64,000 nt of DNA from an uncultured Gemmatimonadales bacterium (GTDB lineage: Bacteria; Gemmatimonadota; Gemmatimonadetes; Gemmatimonadales; GWC2-71-9). Below the pieces are notes generated by a model. It saw only the letters and a list, made by a program, of their open reading frames with translations, ran no database searches and was not told where the DNA came from. The position numbers and the translations under genes were made by a program. The stretch is from contig CAVSEC010000016.1 in assembly GCA_963726955.1 (NCBI GenBank), positions 13,683 to 77,682 of the forward strand, in the 5' to 3' direction. Below, in pieces: positions 12,049 through 21,916 of the stretch (positions are counted from its first letter, which is position 1; each line of letters starts with the position of its first letter).

Positions 12049-12238
12049 GGGAAGCCAGGGAGCAGGGGTCGGGTATGGAGAACCGCCGTGTAAGGTGGTG
12101 AGAGTGAGCGCGGAGGGCCAGAGGAAGGGAGGCTGCCGAATTGGGGACCAGACCAGATAGTGTGGCGAGGGCGGTGGGCGATCGGTACGTCGGTCTCGTT
12201 CTTGCGCTCAGCCGGAGTGTCCTTCTCCGCCTTGCCGT

Positions 12239-12799
12239 TCACTCCTCACTTCTTGTGTCCAGCGCGATCCAGTTCACCTCCCAGGTCCTCCCCCCGTCGT
12301 CCGAGAAGGCCTGCTCGAACCGATACGACCCCGGCGTGATGTCGGTGAAGACGTTCCTGATCAGGATCATCCTGCCGTTGAACGGTTCCTGGTCGTAGAA
12401 CTCCCCTCGCCCGTTCCTGAACTCGCCTACCGTGGGAACACTCATGCTCCCGCCGCCGGCATTGGCGAAGTTGAGGCTCCATTGGCGGGACTCGGGATTG
12501 TAGAGTCGCAAGGACAGCCCCTCGATGTGGCCGGTGGGGCCGTCCACCTCCAGCTCCACCAGGTTGGCGCGGCCGTTCCACACCGGTCGAATGATCGAGG
12601 TGCCATCGTACTCGATCCAGTCGGTGGAGCCGCTAAGGGGATGCTGGAGGCGTTTCAAGCGGGTGTGCCAGGAGCCGATCTCGAAATCGAAGTCGTGCGA
12701 CCCGTCCCGCGGCCCGATCGGACTCCGCTGGGCGCGGAGCTGGAAGGGGACGAGGCCACATACCAGGAACAGCGCGGCGATCGCGCTGGGTGAGTTCAC
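12239..12799 (-). CDS. secreted protein, paralogue 1 of an uncharacterised family (C-terminal motif FEQAFSDDGGRTWEVNW)
   Basis: The GTG start at 12799 overlaps the stop of paralogue 2 (GTGA). Signal-like VNSPSAIAALFLVCGLVPFQLRAQ. Alignable by eye to 12796..13422 along its whole mature length. Confidence 0.65.
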   Translation of the reverse strand: MNSPSAIAALFLVCGLVPFQLRAQRSPIGPRDGSHDFDFEIGSWHTRLKRLQHPLSGSTDWIEYDGTSIIRPVWNGRANLVELEVDGPTGHIEGLSLRLYNPESRQWSLNFANAGGGSMSVPTVGEFRNGRGEFYDQEPFNGRMILIRNVFTDITPGSYRFEQAFSDDGGRTWEVNWIALDTRSEE

Positions 12800-13422
12800 C
12801 GCTCCCGACGATTCTGGTTCTCGGCCCGGGAGAACTCCATCGTCCAGTTGGTCTCCCAGCTCTTCCCCCCATCGGGCGAAAAGGCCTGCTCCCAACGTGC
12901 GGATGCGCGAGTGATCCTCGACCACTGGAAGCGCATCCTGATCGGCTTGCCGTTCAGGCTATCGTCGCCGACGAAGGTTCCGACGCCGTCCTTGAAGCCG
13001 CCCCGCACCGGCGGCTCGATGTGGGTGGGATTCCGGCCATCGAGCCACCAGATGGACCACTGACCCGTCTTGGCGTCGAACGCGCGCATACCGACGGCGC
13101 GATAAGTCCCGCCGGGGATCTCCAGCACGTTGTCATCCACGGTGCCGAGGCCGTCGAGGGTGAGCCACATTGTGGAGGTGCCGGGGAAGTCCTCCCATTC
13201 GGTGCTGCCGACGAGCCGTCCCTTGAGCCGGTGGTGCCGGACGTTCCAGCGCCCGACCAGCCAGTCCCAGTCATGCCTGTGATCGGCGACTCCCGCGTCA
13301 TGCGCCATGGTTGGCTTTCCGGTCTGGGCGGCGGCGGGCGCGAGGAACAGTGCGGACGCCACCGCGGCGGTCAGGGTCCCAACAGCCGCGATGCCGCGAA
13401 TCCGCGATCGATGGGTGATCAT
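12796..13422 (-). CDS. secreted protein, paralogue 2 (WEQAFSPDGGKSWETNW)
   Basis: The ATG at 13422 is preceded by GAGGAGAG. Signal peptide MITHRSRIRGIAAVGTLTAAVASALFLAPAAAQ. Shares WxVG.W, GQWSIWW and the C-terminal motif with paralogue 1. Confidence 0.7.
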   Translation of the reverse strand: MITHRSRIRGIAAVGTLTAAVASALFLAPAAAQTGKPTMAHDAGVADHRHDWDWLVGRWNVRHHRLKGRLVGSTEWEDFPGTSTMWLTLDGLGTVDDNVLEIPGGTYRAVGMRAFDAKTGQWSIWWLDGRNPTHIEPPVRGGFKDGVGTFVGDDSLNGKPIRMRFQWSRITRASARWEQAFSPDGGKSWETNWTMEFSRAENQNRRER

Positions 13423-13448
13423 GCTGGTCTCTCCTCGAGAGTCGTCCG

Positions 13449-14270
13449 TTACTTCCCGTCCGCCGACAGCCATCGCATCCTGGATCTGGGCGTGGGATCG
13501 AGCACGACCAGCTCCGGTGTTCCTCGCAGCATGCCGGTGCCGGTGAGAGTCGCCATCGCCGGGTCCGCCACCATCCGGAATCCGTCCAGCGCCGCATTGT
13601 CCTTGAGCAGCCCGAGCCAGACGAGGTAGGGCCCGTCGGTGCGAACCGGGAGCTGGGGGAAGTTGTTGGGGACATCGAGGGTGACGAGGACGCCCACCTC
13701 TTTCACCCCCGCCGCGCGATACCTCGCGAACACCGGCACCGCTGCCCTGGCGAACGAATCGGCGGTTCCGGCAGTGAGCTGACAGATGACGGCCACGACC
13801 ACTCCCCGGGCACCAGCCGGTTCCCGGACCGGGTCCACGGCGGGCAGGATCGGCACCATCCCGTCGGCGGAGAGCGCCTTGAGGAGGAGGACGTTGTCCG
13901 AGTCGTCGATCAGGTCGTTGAGCGTCGCCTTGTGCTCCCGCCAGAGCGGCCCGTAGTAGAAGGCGGCGTTGATCACTGCGCGGGACTCGATGGAGTGGTA
14001 CCCCCGGATCCAGGTGAAGCCGGTGCTGTTCCCGCGCACGAAGAACGAGCCGGCCGCGACCGAGCCGAGCTGCTCGAACGCCTCGGGGAAGTAGCTCTCG
14101 AAGTATCGGGCGAAGTCGTCGCGTCCCCCGGCCCGGATCGTATAGCGCCGGAACTCGACGATGGGGAAGTCGCCGAGGACCGCGACGTTGTCAGAGGGGG
14201 CTGGCGCCTGCGCCCGGAGGGTCGTGACACAGGCGAGGACCAGCGCCAGGGTGGCCGGGATTCGTCTCAC
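13449..14270 (-). CDS. NIPSNAP-family (tandem dimeric alpha/beta-barrel) exported protein
   Basis: GTG start at 14270 (VRRIPATLALVLACVTTLRAQA) overlapping the upstream stop (GTGA). IVEFRRYTIRAGGRDDFARYFESYFPEAFEQLG and a second similar half are typical of NIPSNAP repeats. Confidence 0.7.
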   Translation of the reverse strand: MRRIPATLALVLACVTTLRAQAPAPSDNVAVLGDFPIVEFRRYTIRAGGRDDFARYFESYFPEAFEQLGSVAAGSFFVRGNSTGFTWIRGYHSIESRAVINAAFYYGPLWREHKATLNDLIDDSDNVLLLKALSADGMVPILPAVDPVREPAGARGVVVAVICQLTAGTADSFARAAVPVFARYRAAGVKEVGVLVTLDVPNNFPQLPVRTDGPYLVWLGLLKDNAALDGFRMVADPAMATLTGTGMLRGTPELVVLDPTPRSRMRWLSADGK

Positions 14271-14706
14271 GCCGCCGACCGTGTGAAGCCCATGGTCCAG
14301 TTGGTCACCCAGCTCTTCCTCCCGTCCGGTGAGAAGGCCTGCTCCCGAGGGGCAGACTTCGACGTGATCGGCGGCGACAGGAAACGAAAGTGGACCGGCG
14401 TGGCCTGGAACGTGTCTTGGGCCACGAACAGACCAATGCCGTTCCTCAATCCGTCGCGAGACGGCGGGTCCAGTGGACCCAATGGCAAGCGGTCGACCAT
14501 CCACCAGATGGACCATGGATCAGTGGTCGGCTCAGGCGTGCGGACTCCGACAGTGCCTGAGCGTGGAGTCGAGGGGACCACGGCACAGGGCGCGACAGGG
14601 AGCGGCAGCTGCGTGACCCGAGTGGATGACCTGCGGAACATAAGGCGCGGTGGTGCCTGTGGAACGGACCACTCGAACAGTTTCCGACGGACCACTTGGG
14701 GGGCGA
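14267..14706 (-). pseudogene. decayed third copy of the 12239/12796 paralogue family, with no signal peptide and at least one frameshift
   Basis: The C-terminal half DPWSIWW...REQAFSPDGRKSWVTNWTMGFTR aligns to paralogue 2. The N-terminal half is recognisable only in another frame (KWSVGN..HRHHRAL..HPLGS..RPVPW against DWLVGRWNVRHHRL..VGS / RPVWNG). It starts immediately after the MocR stop codon at 14707. Confidence 0.45.
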
Positions 14707-16248
14707 CTACCGGACCACTGCCCGTGGGCTCGACGCTGGCGACCGGAGCGCCTGGACCACGATGCGCATGGCGGCGTGAGTGCGCGCCGGACGAGAGCAG
14801 GCGAAGCCCATCACGAACCCCGAGCGGGGAGGGCCGAGGTAGAAGGGGGAGAGCGGGTGAAGATCGACGCCCGACCTGGCGCACTCCGCGGCCATGTGCC
14901 GGTCATCGGACGCCGTGCGAAGCCAAGCGGTGAGGTGAAGCCCCGCGCCGGATGGCCCGATGTCGAGCTCGTCCGAGAGCGTCTCCAGGCTGGAGAGCAG
15001 CGCTCGGCGCCGCTGGTCATATTCGCCCACCAGCCGACGCAGGTGCGTCGCGAGGTGTCCGTCCTCGATGAACGCCGCGAGCGCGGCCTGGGTGTGGCCA
15101 GGCGCATGGCCATCCATCATGTGCTTGGCGGCGAGGAGTGGATCGACCAGAGCAGGCGGTGCCACCAGGTATGCGAGCCGGAGCGCAGGGAACATCATCT
15201 TGTTGAAGGTGCCGACATAGATCGCCCGACCCGCCGGATCCAGCGCCTGCAGCGCGGCGAGCGGGCGGCCGACGTAGCGGAGGTCGCCGTCGTAGTCGTC
15301 TTCGATGATCCAGCTTTGCTCCCGGTTCGCCCAGGCGAGAAGCGCCAGCCGTCGGGGCAGCGACATCATCCCGCCACTCGGGTACTGATGGGATGGCGTG
15401 ACGTAGGCGAGGCGCGCCGCCGGCTGAATCGCCAGGGCGGCCTGCACGTCCAGGCCGTCTGCATCCACTGGAACGGGACACACGTTGGCGCCCGCGGCCT
15501 TGAGAAGCTGTACCGCCGGCCGATAGCACGGATCCTCGACCCAGACGGCATCGCCCGGATCCAGCAGGACCCGGGTGACGAGATCCACCGCCTGCTGGGC
15601 GCTGCTGGTGACGATGATCTGATCCGCGACACACCTCACCGCGCGGCTCCCCGCCACGTGCGCGGCGATCGCCCGCTTGAGTTCGGCGAGGCCACCGCTC
15701 GCGCCGTACGCCAGACACTCGACGCCGGGCCGGCCGACCGCACGAGAGAGGAGTCGTGACCAGATCTGGCGGGGAAAGAGGTCAAGCGCCGGAATCGACG
15801 GGGTGAAGGCCATCCCGATCGTGGCATCCCGGTGGCCAGGGTAGGCCGCGATGATCGCGCCTCGCGCGGAAAGTACGGGAGTCGCCATGACGCCCGCGCG
15901 CGCACGCTCCATTCCTCGCGGGGGGTGCTCTCGGTCAGGCAGATCGCTCGCCACGAATGTGCCCGATCCCCGACGGCGGGCCAGGAACCCCTCCGCGACG
16001 AGCTGAGCCAGAGCGCGTTCCACCGTGTGGCGTGAGACCTTGAGGTCCAGAGCGAGCGCACGCGAAGAGGGCAGTCTTCCCCCCGCCACGATACTCCCGG
16101 CGACGATGGCGCGCCGTATGAGGGACTCGACCCGGATATTGAGCGCCTGATGCGGCGCGACGGGGAGGCCGTCGATATCGAGGATCTGGACCGATCGAGG
16201 AGGTCTGGTCACATGGGCCGAGTCGTACCGTGTGGGCTGGTCATACAA
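14707..16248 (-). CDS. MocR/PdxR-type regulator (GntR winged-helix HTH fused to a class-I aminotransferase-like PLP domain)
   Basis: GRLPSSRALALDLKVSRHTVERALAQLVAEGFLARRRGSGTFV HTH, followed by an aminotransferase fold with YVTPSHQYPSGGMMS and YVGTFNKMMFPALRLAYLV (PLP lysine context). Confidence 0.9.
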   Translation of the reverse strand: MYDQPTRYDSAHVTRPPRSVQILDIDGLPVAPHQALNIRVESLIRRAIVAGSIVAGGRLPSSRALALDLKVSRHTVERALAQLVAEGFLARRRGSGTFVASDLPDREHPPRGMERARAGVMATPVLSARGAIIAAYPGHRDATIGMAFTPSIPALDLFPRQIWSRLLSRAVGRPGVECLAYGASGGLAELKRAIAAHVAGSRAVRCVADQIIVTSSAQQAVDLVTRVLLDPGDAVWVEDPCYRPAVQLLKAAGANVCPVPVDADGLDVQAALAIQPAARLAYVTPSHQYPSGGMMSLPRRLALLAWANREQSWIIEDDYDGDLRYVGRPLAALQALDPAGRAIYVGTFNKMMFPALRLAYLVAPPALVDPLLAAKHMMDGHAPGHTQAALAAFIEDGHLATHLRRLVGEYDQRRRALLSSLETLSDELDIGPSGAGLHLTAWLRTASDDRHMAAECARSGVDLHPLSPFYLGPPRSGFVMGFACSRPARTHAAMRIVVQALRSPASSPRAVVR

Positions 16249-16333
16249 CCGACGCCTGCGTCGCCGCCAGCCACACGCCGTGGTCCGATCGAGCAGAGGC
16301 CCGGGGCTCCACCTGAATCGTTACTCCTCTGGC

Positions 16334-16723
16334 CTAGGACCGGGACTGGACAGGGAAGAGTGCCCGGACGCGCTCGTTCCGGAGCAGGAGGCCGGCCCAG
16401 AGACCGCTCCCCACGTAGACCGGGAAGAGTACATGCGAAACCAGCGGCGCTCCGATTCGGAGGTTGGCGGCGACGGCGCCACCCAGATAGCCGGTCCAGA
16501 GGATCGCGCCGAGCGCGGCCGTACGTGGAATCAGGTAGAGTGTCAGGCAGATCAACTCGACCACCCCCAGCGGCGCCGCGACGCCGATGGGGAAGCCGAG
16601 CTCGGCAAAGGCGTCCACGACCGGTCCGATCCGGATCAGGTGGATCGTAGCGTCGAAGAGCAGGAACAGGACCGTCAGCGCGCTGACGATCCGGCCGACC
16701 CGGGTGTACGTGACCTGGGACAT
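16334..16723 (-). CDS. DoxX-like family membrane protein
   Basis: 129 aa with four hydrophobic helices. AFAELGFP...GVVELICLTLYLIPRTAALGAILWTGYLGGAVAANL resembles DoxX-like proteins. Confidence 0.75.
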   Translation of the reverse strand: MSQVTYTRVGRIVSALTVLFLLFDATIHLIRIGPVVDAFAELGFPIGVAAPLGVVELICLTLYLIPRTAALGAILWTGYLGGAVAANLRIGAPLVSHVLFPVYVGSGLWAGLLLRNERVRALFPVQSRS

Positions 16724-16819
16724 GATGAGCTCCTGACGTGAGTGATTCGGGACAGCCTCATATCACCTGCAGATCTCGCGGTCGCCAGCCCCAGCGACCT
16801 GGCAGGATCGGCGGCGGCA

Positions 16820-17572
16820 TCAGCGTTCCCGGGTCCAGACCACCGGGTTGTTGTCCCTCCAGTTGACCAGGCGCGATACGCCGCCGCCGGCCTCGCGCTC
16901 GAAGACCCAGAAGCCGCGGATGCTGTCCCGCACAAAGATCGTGGCGTCGAGCGCCCTGAGCCGCTGGGTGGGCCGCCCTGGCCGCGCCAGCACGAGGCCC
17001 GAGTCGTCGGCGATGATCATCAGCGTAATGCCCTGCGTGAGCCGGTAACCCCCGGAATAGACTCGCGCCAGGGAGTCGGCAATCGGCTCGCCGGCGACGA
17101 CCCGCGGCAGCGCCAGCGCCTGAGACGCGATCTGCCACCATCGGCTGCCCCGCCGAAGGTAGGTATCGGTCGAGTGAAATCGGGTGTACAGCAGCTGGCC
17201 GTAGTAGTCGTGCCGTTCGTCGATATCATAGCTGATCACCGCCACCGGCCCCGATCCCGTCAGGTGCCAGTTTGCGAACGTCAGCGTCCCCGCCTGTCCC
17301 GCCGGGAGCGGGTGCATCGACGCGAGAAACTCGGCCCGTCCGAGCCGGCTCCCCGCCTCGTCGGTGAGGAACCACTCCGGCGCCAGCGCGCGCGCCCAGG
17401 GCACGGTGTCGCCCGGGGTGATGGCTCCGATCAGCCCACGCGTCGTGGTCACCAGCTGAGCCGAGTCGGCGGGTGACAGCTGTGCCGCGAGGGAGCGTGT
17501 GCCCCCGATCATCAGCAGGACCATCGCCATTCGCCATCGTGGGCCGGCCGCGGTAACCTCACGCTGCTTCAT
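16820..17572 (-). CDS. exported SnoaL/NTF2-like (DUF4440-like) protein with a C-terminal DUF3471-like domain
   Basis: The true start MKQREV at 17572 was verified as ATG; the rest of ORF 16820..18688 upstream is a high-GC artefact. Signal MAMVLLMIGGTRSLAAQ. HLTGSGPVAVISYDIDE...STDTYLRRGSRWWQIASQA is NTF2-like. Confidence 0.65.
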   Translation of the reverse strand: MKQREVTAAGPRWRMAMVLLMIGGTRSLAAQLSPADSAQLVTTTRGLIGAITPGDTVPWARALAPEWFLTDEAGSRLGRAEFLASMHPLPAGQAGTLTFANWHLTGSGPVAVISYDIDERHDYYGQLLYTRFHSTDTYLRRGSRWWQIASQALALPRVVAGEPIADSLARVYSGGYRLTQGITLMIIADDSGLVLARPGRPTQRLRALDATIFVRDSIRGFWVFEREAGGGVSRLVNWRDNNPVVWTRER

Positions 17573-17689
17573 GTCGTATCTCTCCTGGTGTCCAAGTGTC
17601 TCAATCTTGCCTGACCTGACGCGCCTCGGCCAGAGCGCCGACACACCGGGTGTGGCGCACGCGGGTCGCCGATCGTCAACCAGCATCCC

Positions 17690-18748
17690 ATGCGACCGGC
17701 ATGGGTGGCCAGGAACCGGGAGGTCGGCGTGAAGCAGGAAACGCGAATCATCGGGACGCTGATGCTGCTCTCTCCCGCGCTCGGAGAGCTGCTCTCCGGC
17801 TCCAATCCCCCGCTCCAGTTCTTCAACCCACTCGCCCTCGCGGTCCTGGTCCTCTTCTACGGCGGCGGCGCGCTGCTCATCCGCGAGGCCAGAGTCCGCT
17901 GGTCGGCGCAGTGGTCGGTGCTCTTCCTGGCCGCCGCCTACGCCATCTGGGAAGAGGGGACCACGATGCAGTCCTTCTTCAATCCGAACCATGCCGGACT
18001 GGGGCCGCTCGCCGGCTACGGTCTGTACGGCGGCGTCCAATGGCCGTGGGCCGTCGACATGACCTTCTTTCACGCGACGATGAGTATCCTGCTTCCGATC
18101 GCGATCGTGGACCTCTGCTGGCCGGCATTCCGGCACAGGGCACTCCTGCAGCGACGCGGCATCGTGCTCGCTTCGCTCGGGATCCTGCTGTCCCGTACCG
18201 CACTGGTCGGCTTCATGTTGTCGGAGGAGGCGACGAAGGCTCATCCCTATCGCCCGGCAGTGGCGCTGGTGCTCGGCAGCCTGCTCGTCGTCATTGCGCT
18301 GATCGTGCTGGCATACCGGCTTCGCGGCAGCGTCGTTGTCACGCATGCCGTGCCGCTGCTCCCGCCCGCGGGGTTCGCCCTCGCCGGCGCCACCGCGCAG
18401 ATGGCGAATCTCCTGCTCCCGCTCGGCATGGCCTCGACGGCCCGCCCCGCCAGCCTGACCCTGTTGTTGCAGGGGGCGGGAATCCTCGCCATCCTCTGGT
18501 TCATCCGCTGGCAACTGCTGCATCGGGATGCAACCGATCGGCACCGCGTGGCGCTGATCGCCGGTTCCCTGTTCTGCTACATCGCCGCCGCACCGGTGCT
18601 CGAGTTCGGTATGCCATCCACGCCGAAGCGAGGCATGACCGCCGTCGCTGTCCTCGCGCTCCTGCTGCTGCTCTGGTGGGCCCGGCACGTGCTGCGGGGG
18701 GCGCCGGCCGTTCCGTCAGCCCCGCTCGACCTGCCACGACTCGGATGA
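17690..18748 (+). CDS. polytopic integral membrane protein, family not recognised
   Basis: 352-aa ORF with about 8 hydrophobic helices and low Arg/Pro noise. Divergent from 16820..17572. The start could instead be the internal GTG (VKQETRIIG). Confidence 0.6.
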   Translation: MRPAWVARNREVGVKQETRIIGTLMLLSPALGELLSGSNPPLQFFNPLALAVLVLFYGGGALLIREARVRWSAQWSVLFLAAAYAIWEEGTTMQSFFNPNHAGLGPLAGYGLYGGVQWPWAVDMTFFHATMSILLPIAIVDLCWPAFRHRALLQRRGIVLASLGILLSRTALVGFMLSEEATKAHPYRPAVALVLGSLLVVIALIVLAYRLRGSVVVTHAVPLLPPAGFALAGATAQMANLLLPLGMASTARPASLTLLLQGAGILAILWFIRWQLLHRDATDRHRVALIAGSLFCYIAAAPVLEFGMPSTPKRGMTAVAVLALLLLLWWARHVLRGAPAVPSAPLDLPRLG

Positions 18749-18812
18749 CCACCCGGCGCCGCACCAGCGGTTCCGGGTCCGAAAGTGGCGAGAATTCTTT
18801 CATCGCGGGTGC

Positions 18813-20196
18813 TATGCTTTCCTCGCCGATGATCCTCGATCCCGATTTCTGCCGCCGCGCCTGTGATGCCCGCGATCCCCGGTTCGACGGGCTGTTCTTT
18901 GTTGCGATCGTCACCACCAGGATCTACTGTCGCCCAGTCTGCCCCGCCCGGCGGGTTCCACTGCACCGATGCCGATTCTACGCGACCGCGGCGGCGGCGG
19001 AACAGGCGGGATATCGACCCTGCCTGCGCTGCCGGCCGGAGCTCGCGCCCGGTAGAGCCAGCGTCGATGCCGTGCCGAGACTCGCGCAGATGGCCGCCGC
19101 CCGTATCGCCGCGGGGGCCCTCAACGGCCGATCGGTGGATGACCTCGCCACGGAACTCGGCGTCAGCGCCCGACAGCTGCGTCGCGCCGTCCATCACGAG
19201 CTCGGCGTCTCCCCCATCGAACTCGCCCAGACCCACCGACTCCTGCTCGCCAAGCACCTTCTCACCGATACCGGCATGACGGTCGCCCGGGTGGCGTTTG
19301 CGAGCGGATTCCAGAGCCTGCGTCGCTTCAACACCCTGTTCCGCCAGCACTATCGCCTCAATCCCACGGCACTGCGCCGTGGCCGGCCCCTCGCGACGAG
19401 CCAGGCATCCGGTCCGGAGGACGACGTGGTCCTGGCCCTCGGCTACCGTCCACCACTCGCCTGGAGCGCCCTGCTCCGCGCCCTCCACCACCAGGCCATT
19501 CCCGGGATCGAGTGGGTGACCGACCGGTTCTATTCCCGAACCGTCCGGATCGGCGCTCACGCAGGAACGATCCGGGTCGAGGCGGCACCCCGGACTCATC
19601 AGGGCAGCTCTGCTGCCGTCTCTATCCGCCTGACACTGTCCGAGACACTGCTCCCCGCCGTCATGGCGCTCCTGCCGCGCATCCGGGCCCTGTTCGACCT
19701 CGATGCCGAGCCCGAATTGATCGATGAGCACCTGACCCGAACCGGTCTCGGCCCACTCGTCCTCCGGCGCGGAGGGGTCCGCGCGCCCGGAGCGTTCGAT
19801 GGCTTCGAGGTGGGACTCCGGGTGCTGCTGCAGGAGACCGCACCGAAGATCCCCCCGGCGCCGATGCTCGGCGCGCTGGCCGCCGCTCTGGGCGAGTCGA
19901 TGCGAGGCGCTCAGCCGGAGCTCCGGCATCTCTTTCCCACTCCGGCACAGGTGGCCGGCGCCACTCCCGCGCGCCTCGCGGCAGCGGGGGTGCCATCCCA
20001 GCTGGTGTCCGTGGTGCACCACTTTGCCGGAGCGGTCGCCGACGGCGCGATCCAGCTGGGACGGTGGACCGATGCGGCCGTCGCGATCGGGGGACTTACC
20101 CAGCGTGTCGGCCTGCGCCGCTCCACCGCGGAGCTCATCGTGCAGCGGGCAGCGTCCAGCCCCGATCTGTTCGCGCGGCGCGTCGAGGAACACTGA
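18813..20196 (+). CDS. Ada-N (Zn, methylphosphotriester sensor) + AraC HTH + AlkA-like HhH-GPD glycosylase fusion; 3-prime end frameshifted
   Basis: FVAIVTTRIYCRPVCPARR...GYRPCLRCRP carries the four Ada zinc cysteines. Also present: the AraC-type GFQSLRRFNTLFRQHY and an AlkA N-domain plus HhH region. The conserved C-terminal WRPWRAYAAMHLW is in a different frame (ORF 19799..20422), so the gene probably ends after 20290. Confidence 0.8.
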
Positions 20197-20536
20197 GTGC
20201 GCCCCGCGGGCGCGGCGCTGCCTCGGAGGCGCACCGACCATGATCGAGGCGTGGCGTCCGTGGCGGGCGTATGCGGCCATGCATCTCTGGCTGGCCACGG
20301 AGGACAGCGAGCCGTTGTCCCAGAGTGATCGGAACGGAATTGGTACACCGATCCGGACCGGCGTGAGAAGATTCGCATCTCGTGTGGTCGAGCAGCAGGT
20401 GAGTGCCATCCTTCCCGGGTGAAACGGGGTCCGAATGCGGCGAGCAACGCCCGCAGCGGCACCCTATGGTGGGCGCGCATGGACCGCCCCGCGTCAGGTC
20501 ACGCGGCCACCCCGTCTCACTCTGCAGGAGGATTCG

Positions 20537-21730
20537 ATGCGCCGACTCACCTCTGCCTTCCTCATCGCCGCGCTCGGCGGCTGCTCCAACGAAGCCCGAT
20601 TGACTCAACCGGTCGACTCCCTCGCCCGCGTCCGGTCGGCACCAGGCTACACCGTGTCCATCCTTCCCACGCTCGGCGGAACGAGCCGGGGCAACAGCAT
20701 CGACAATCAGGGTGTCGCGGCTGGCTACTCCACCCTCCTGGCAAGCGGGTACCGCCATGCGGTCCTGTGGCGCGGTGGCGCGCTGACCGACCTCGGGACC
20801 CTCGGCGGACCCAATAGCAGCGTCACCTGGCCTGGCCAGAATGAGAGCGGCACGATCGTCGGCATTTCCGAGACCGGCGCACCGGATCCGCTGGGAGAGC
20901 TCTGGAGCTGCACCGCATTCCTGCCGGCCGCCGCCGGGCAGAGCTGTCTCGGGTTCATCTGGGAGAAGGGCGTCATGAAGTCTCTTCCGACGCTGGGTGG
21001 CAATAACGGTTTCGCGACCGAAGTGAACAATCGCGGCCAGGTGGTGGGCTGGGCCGAGACCACGGTGCACGATCCGACCTGCACCGCGCCGCAGGTGCTG
21101 CAGTTCCGCGCGGTGATGTGGGAGCCGAGGCGTGGCCGCACCCAGCAGCTCCCGCCGCTCCCGGGCGATTCCACCTCTGCCGCCACCGCCATCAACGACC
21201 GGGGACAGGTCGCCGGGATCTCGGGCGACTGCAACGATGCGGTCGGCAAATTCAGCGCGAGGCATGCGGTGCTCTGGGATCACGGCAGCGTGACCGACAT
21301 CGGCAACCTCGGAGGGGTCGCGTGGAACACGCCGATGGCGATCAACGAGCGGGGAGATATCGTCGGCTTCTCCGACACCACCGGCGACTTCGATGGCACT
21401 CCGAATCAGCGCGCCTTTCTCTGGACCAGGGGGGGTGGGCTCCGGAATCTGGGGCTGCTCCCCGGCGACGCCACCAGTGAAGCCCATGGCATCAACGAAG
21501 AGGGTCAGATCGTCGGCATCTCCTGCACCGCCGCCGGGAGCTGTCGCGGCTTCCTGTGGGACCACGGGGTCATGACCGACCTCAACACCGTGGTCGGGAC
21601 AGGCTATCCGAACCTGATCACCTTCGCCCAGGACATCAATGACGACGGGGTGATCACCGGCCGGCTCTTCGATCAGGCCAGCGGAAAGAATCTCGCATTC
21701 GTGGCGACGCCGGCATCGCATCGACCGTAG
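20537..21730 (+). CDS. HAF-family extracellular repeat lipoprotein
   Basis: AGGAGG precedes the ATG at 20537. Lipobox LIAALGGCS. There are about 7 repeats of the type INxxGQVVG.....HAVLW/RAFLW/RGFLW..G...DLGTLGG. Confidence 0.75.
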   Translation: MRRLTSAFLIAALGGCSNEARLTQPVDSLARVRSAPGYTVSILPTLGGTSRGNSIDNQGVAAGYSTLLASGYRHAVLWRGGALTDLGTLGGPNSSVTWPGQNESGTIVGISETGAPDPLGELWSCTAFLPAAAGQSCLGFIWEKGVMKSLPTLGGNNGFATEVNNRGQVVGWAETTVHDPTCTAPQVLQFRAVMWEPRRGRTQQLPPLPGDSTSAATAINDRGQVAGISGDCNDAVGKFSARHAVLWDHGSVTDIGNLGGVAWNTPMAINERGDIVGFSDTTGDFDGTPNQRAFLWTRGGGLRNLGLLPGDATSEAHGINEEGQIVGISCTAAGSCRGFLWDHGVMTDLNTVVGTGYPNLITFAQDINDDGVITGRLFDQASGKNLAFVATPASHRP

Positions 21731-21916
21731 CCGATCGGGGTCGCGGCGTCGGGCGGTCGGGCGCTAAGCGCGGTTCGTCGCGCCACGGCCGCCCTTCGTC
21801 GCAACTCGCTTGAGCGGGGAACCTTCGGCACCTAGCGTTGGGCGGTGCACCGCGACGGCCCTGCGTGTGGGCGACGGTGGCGGACCCCTTCTTCCCCGAC
21901 TCCCCAAGGTGCTCGG

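Noticed and set aside
11979-12242. 87-aa ORF whose GTG overlaps the stop of paralogue 1 (GTGA) and whose first 35 residues are unusually Lys/Glu-rich
   Set aside because: The remaining two thirds are Pro/Arg/Ser noise running 70 nt into the ParB-like gene. There is no motif or ribosome-binding site, so it is probably fortuitous.
17573-18688. Upstream 370-aa extension of ORF 16820..18688, and the N-terminal 390 aa of ORF 17650..20196
   Set aside because: Both extensions are Arg/Pro/Gly-rich noise. Credible starts (MKQREV at 17572, MLSSPMILD at 18813) give proteins of the expected size, and the interval is occupied by a convincing membrane-protein ORF on the plus strand.
20135-21721. 528-aa minus-strand ORF covering the HAF-repeat lipoprotein gene
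   Set aside because: This is an antisense artefact. The plus-strand product has a lipobox, an AGGAGG ribosome-binding site and a regular repeat architecture.
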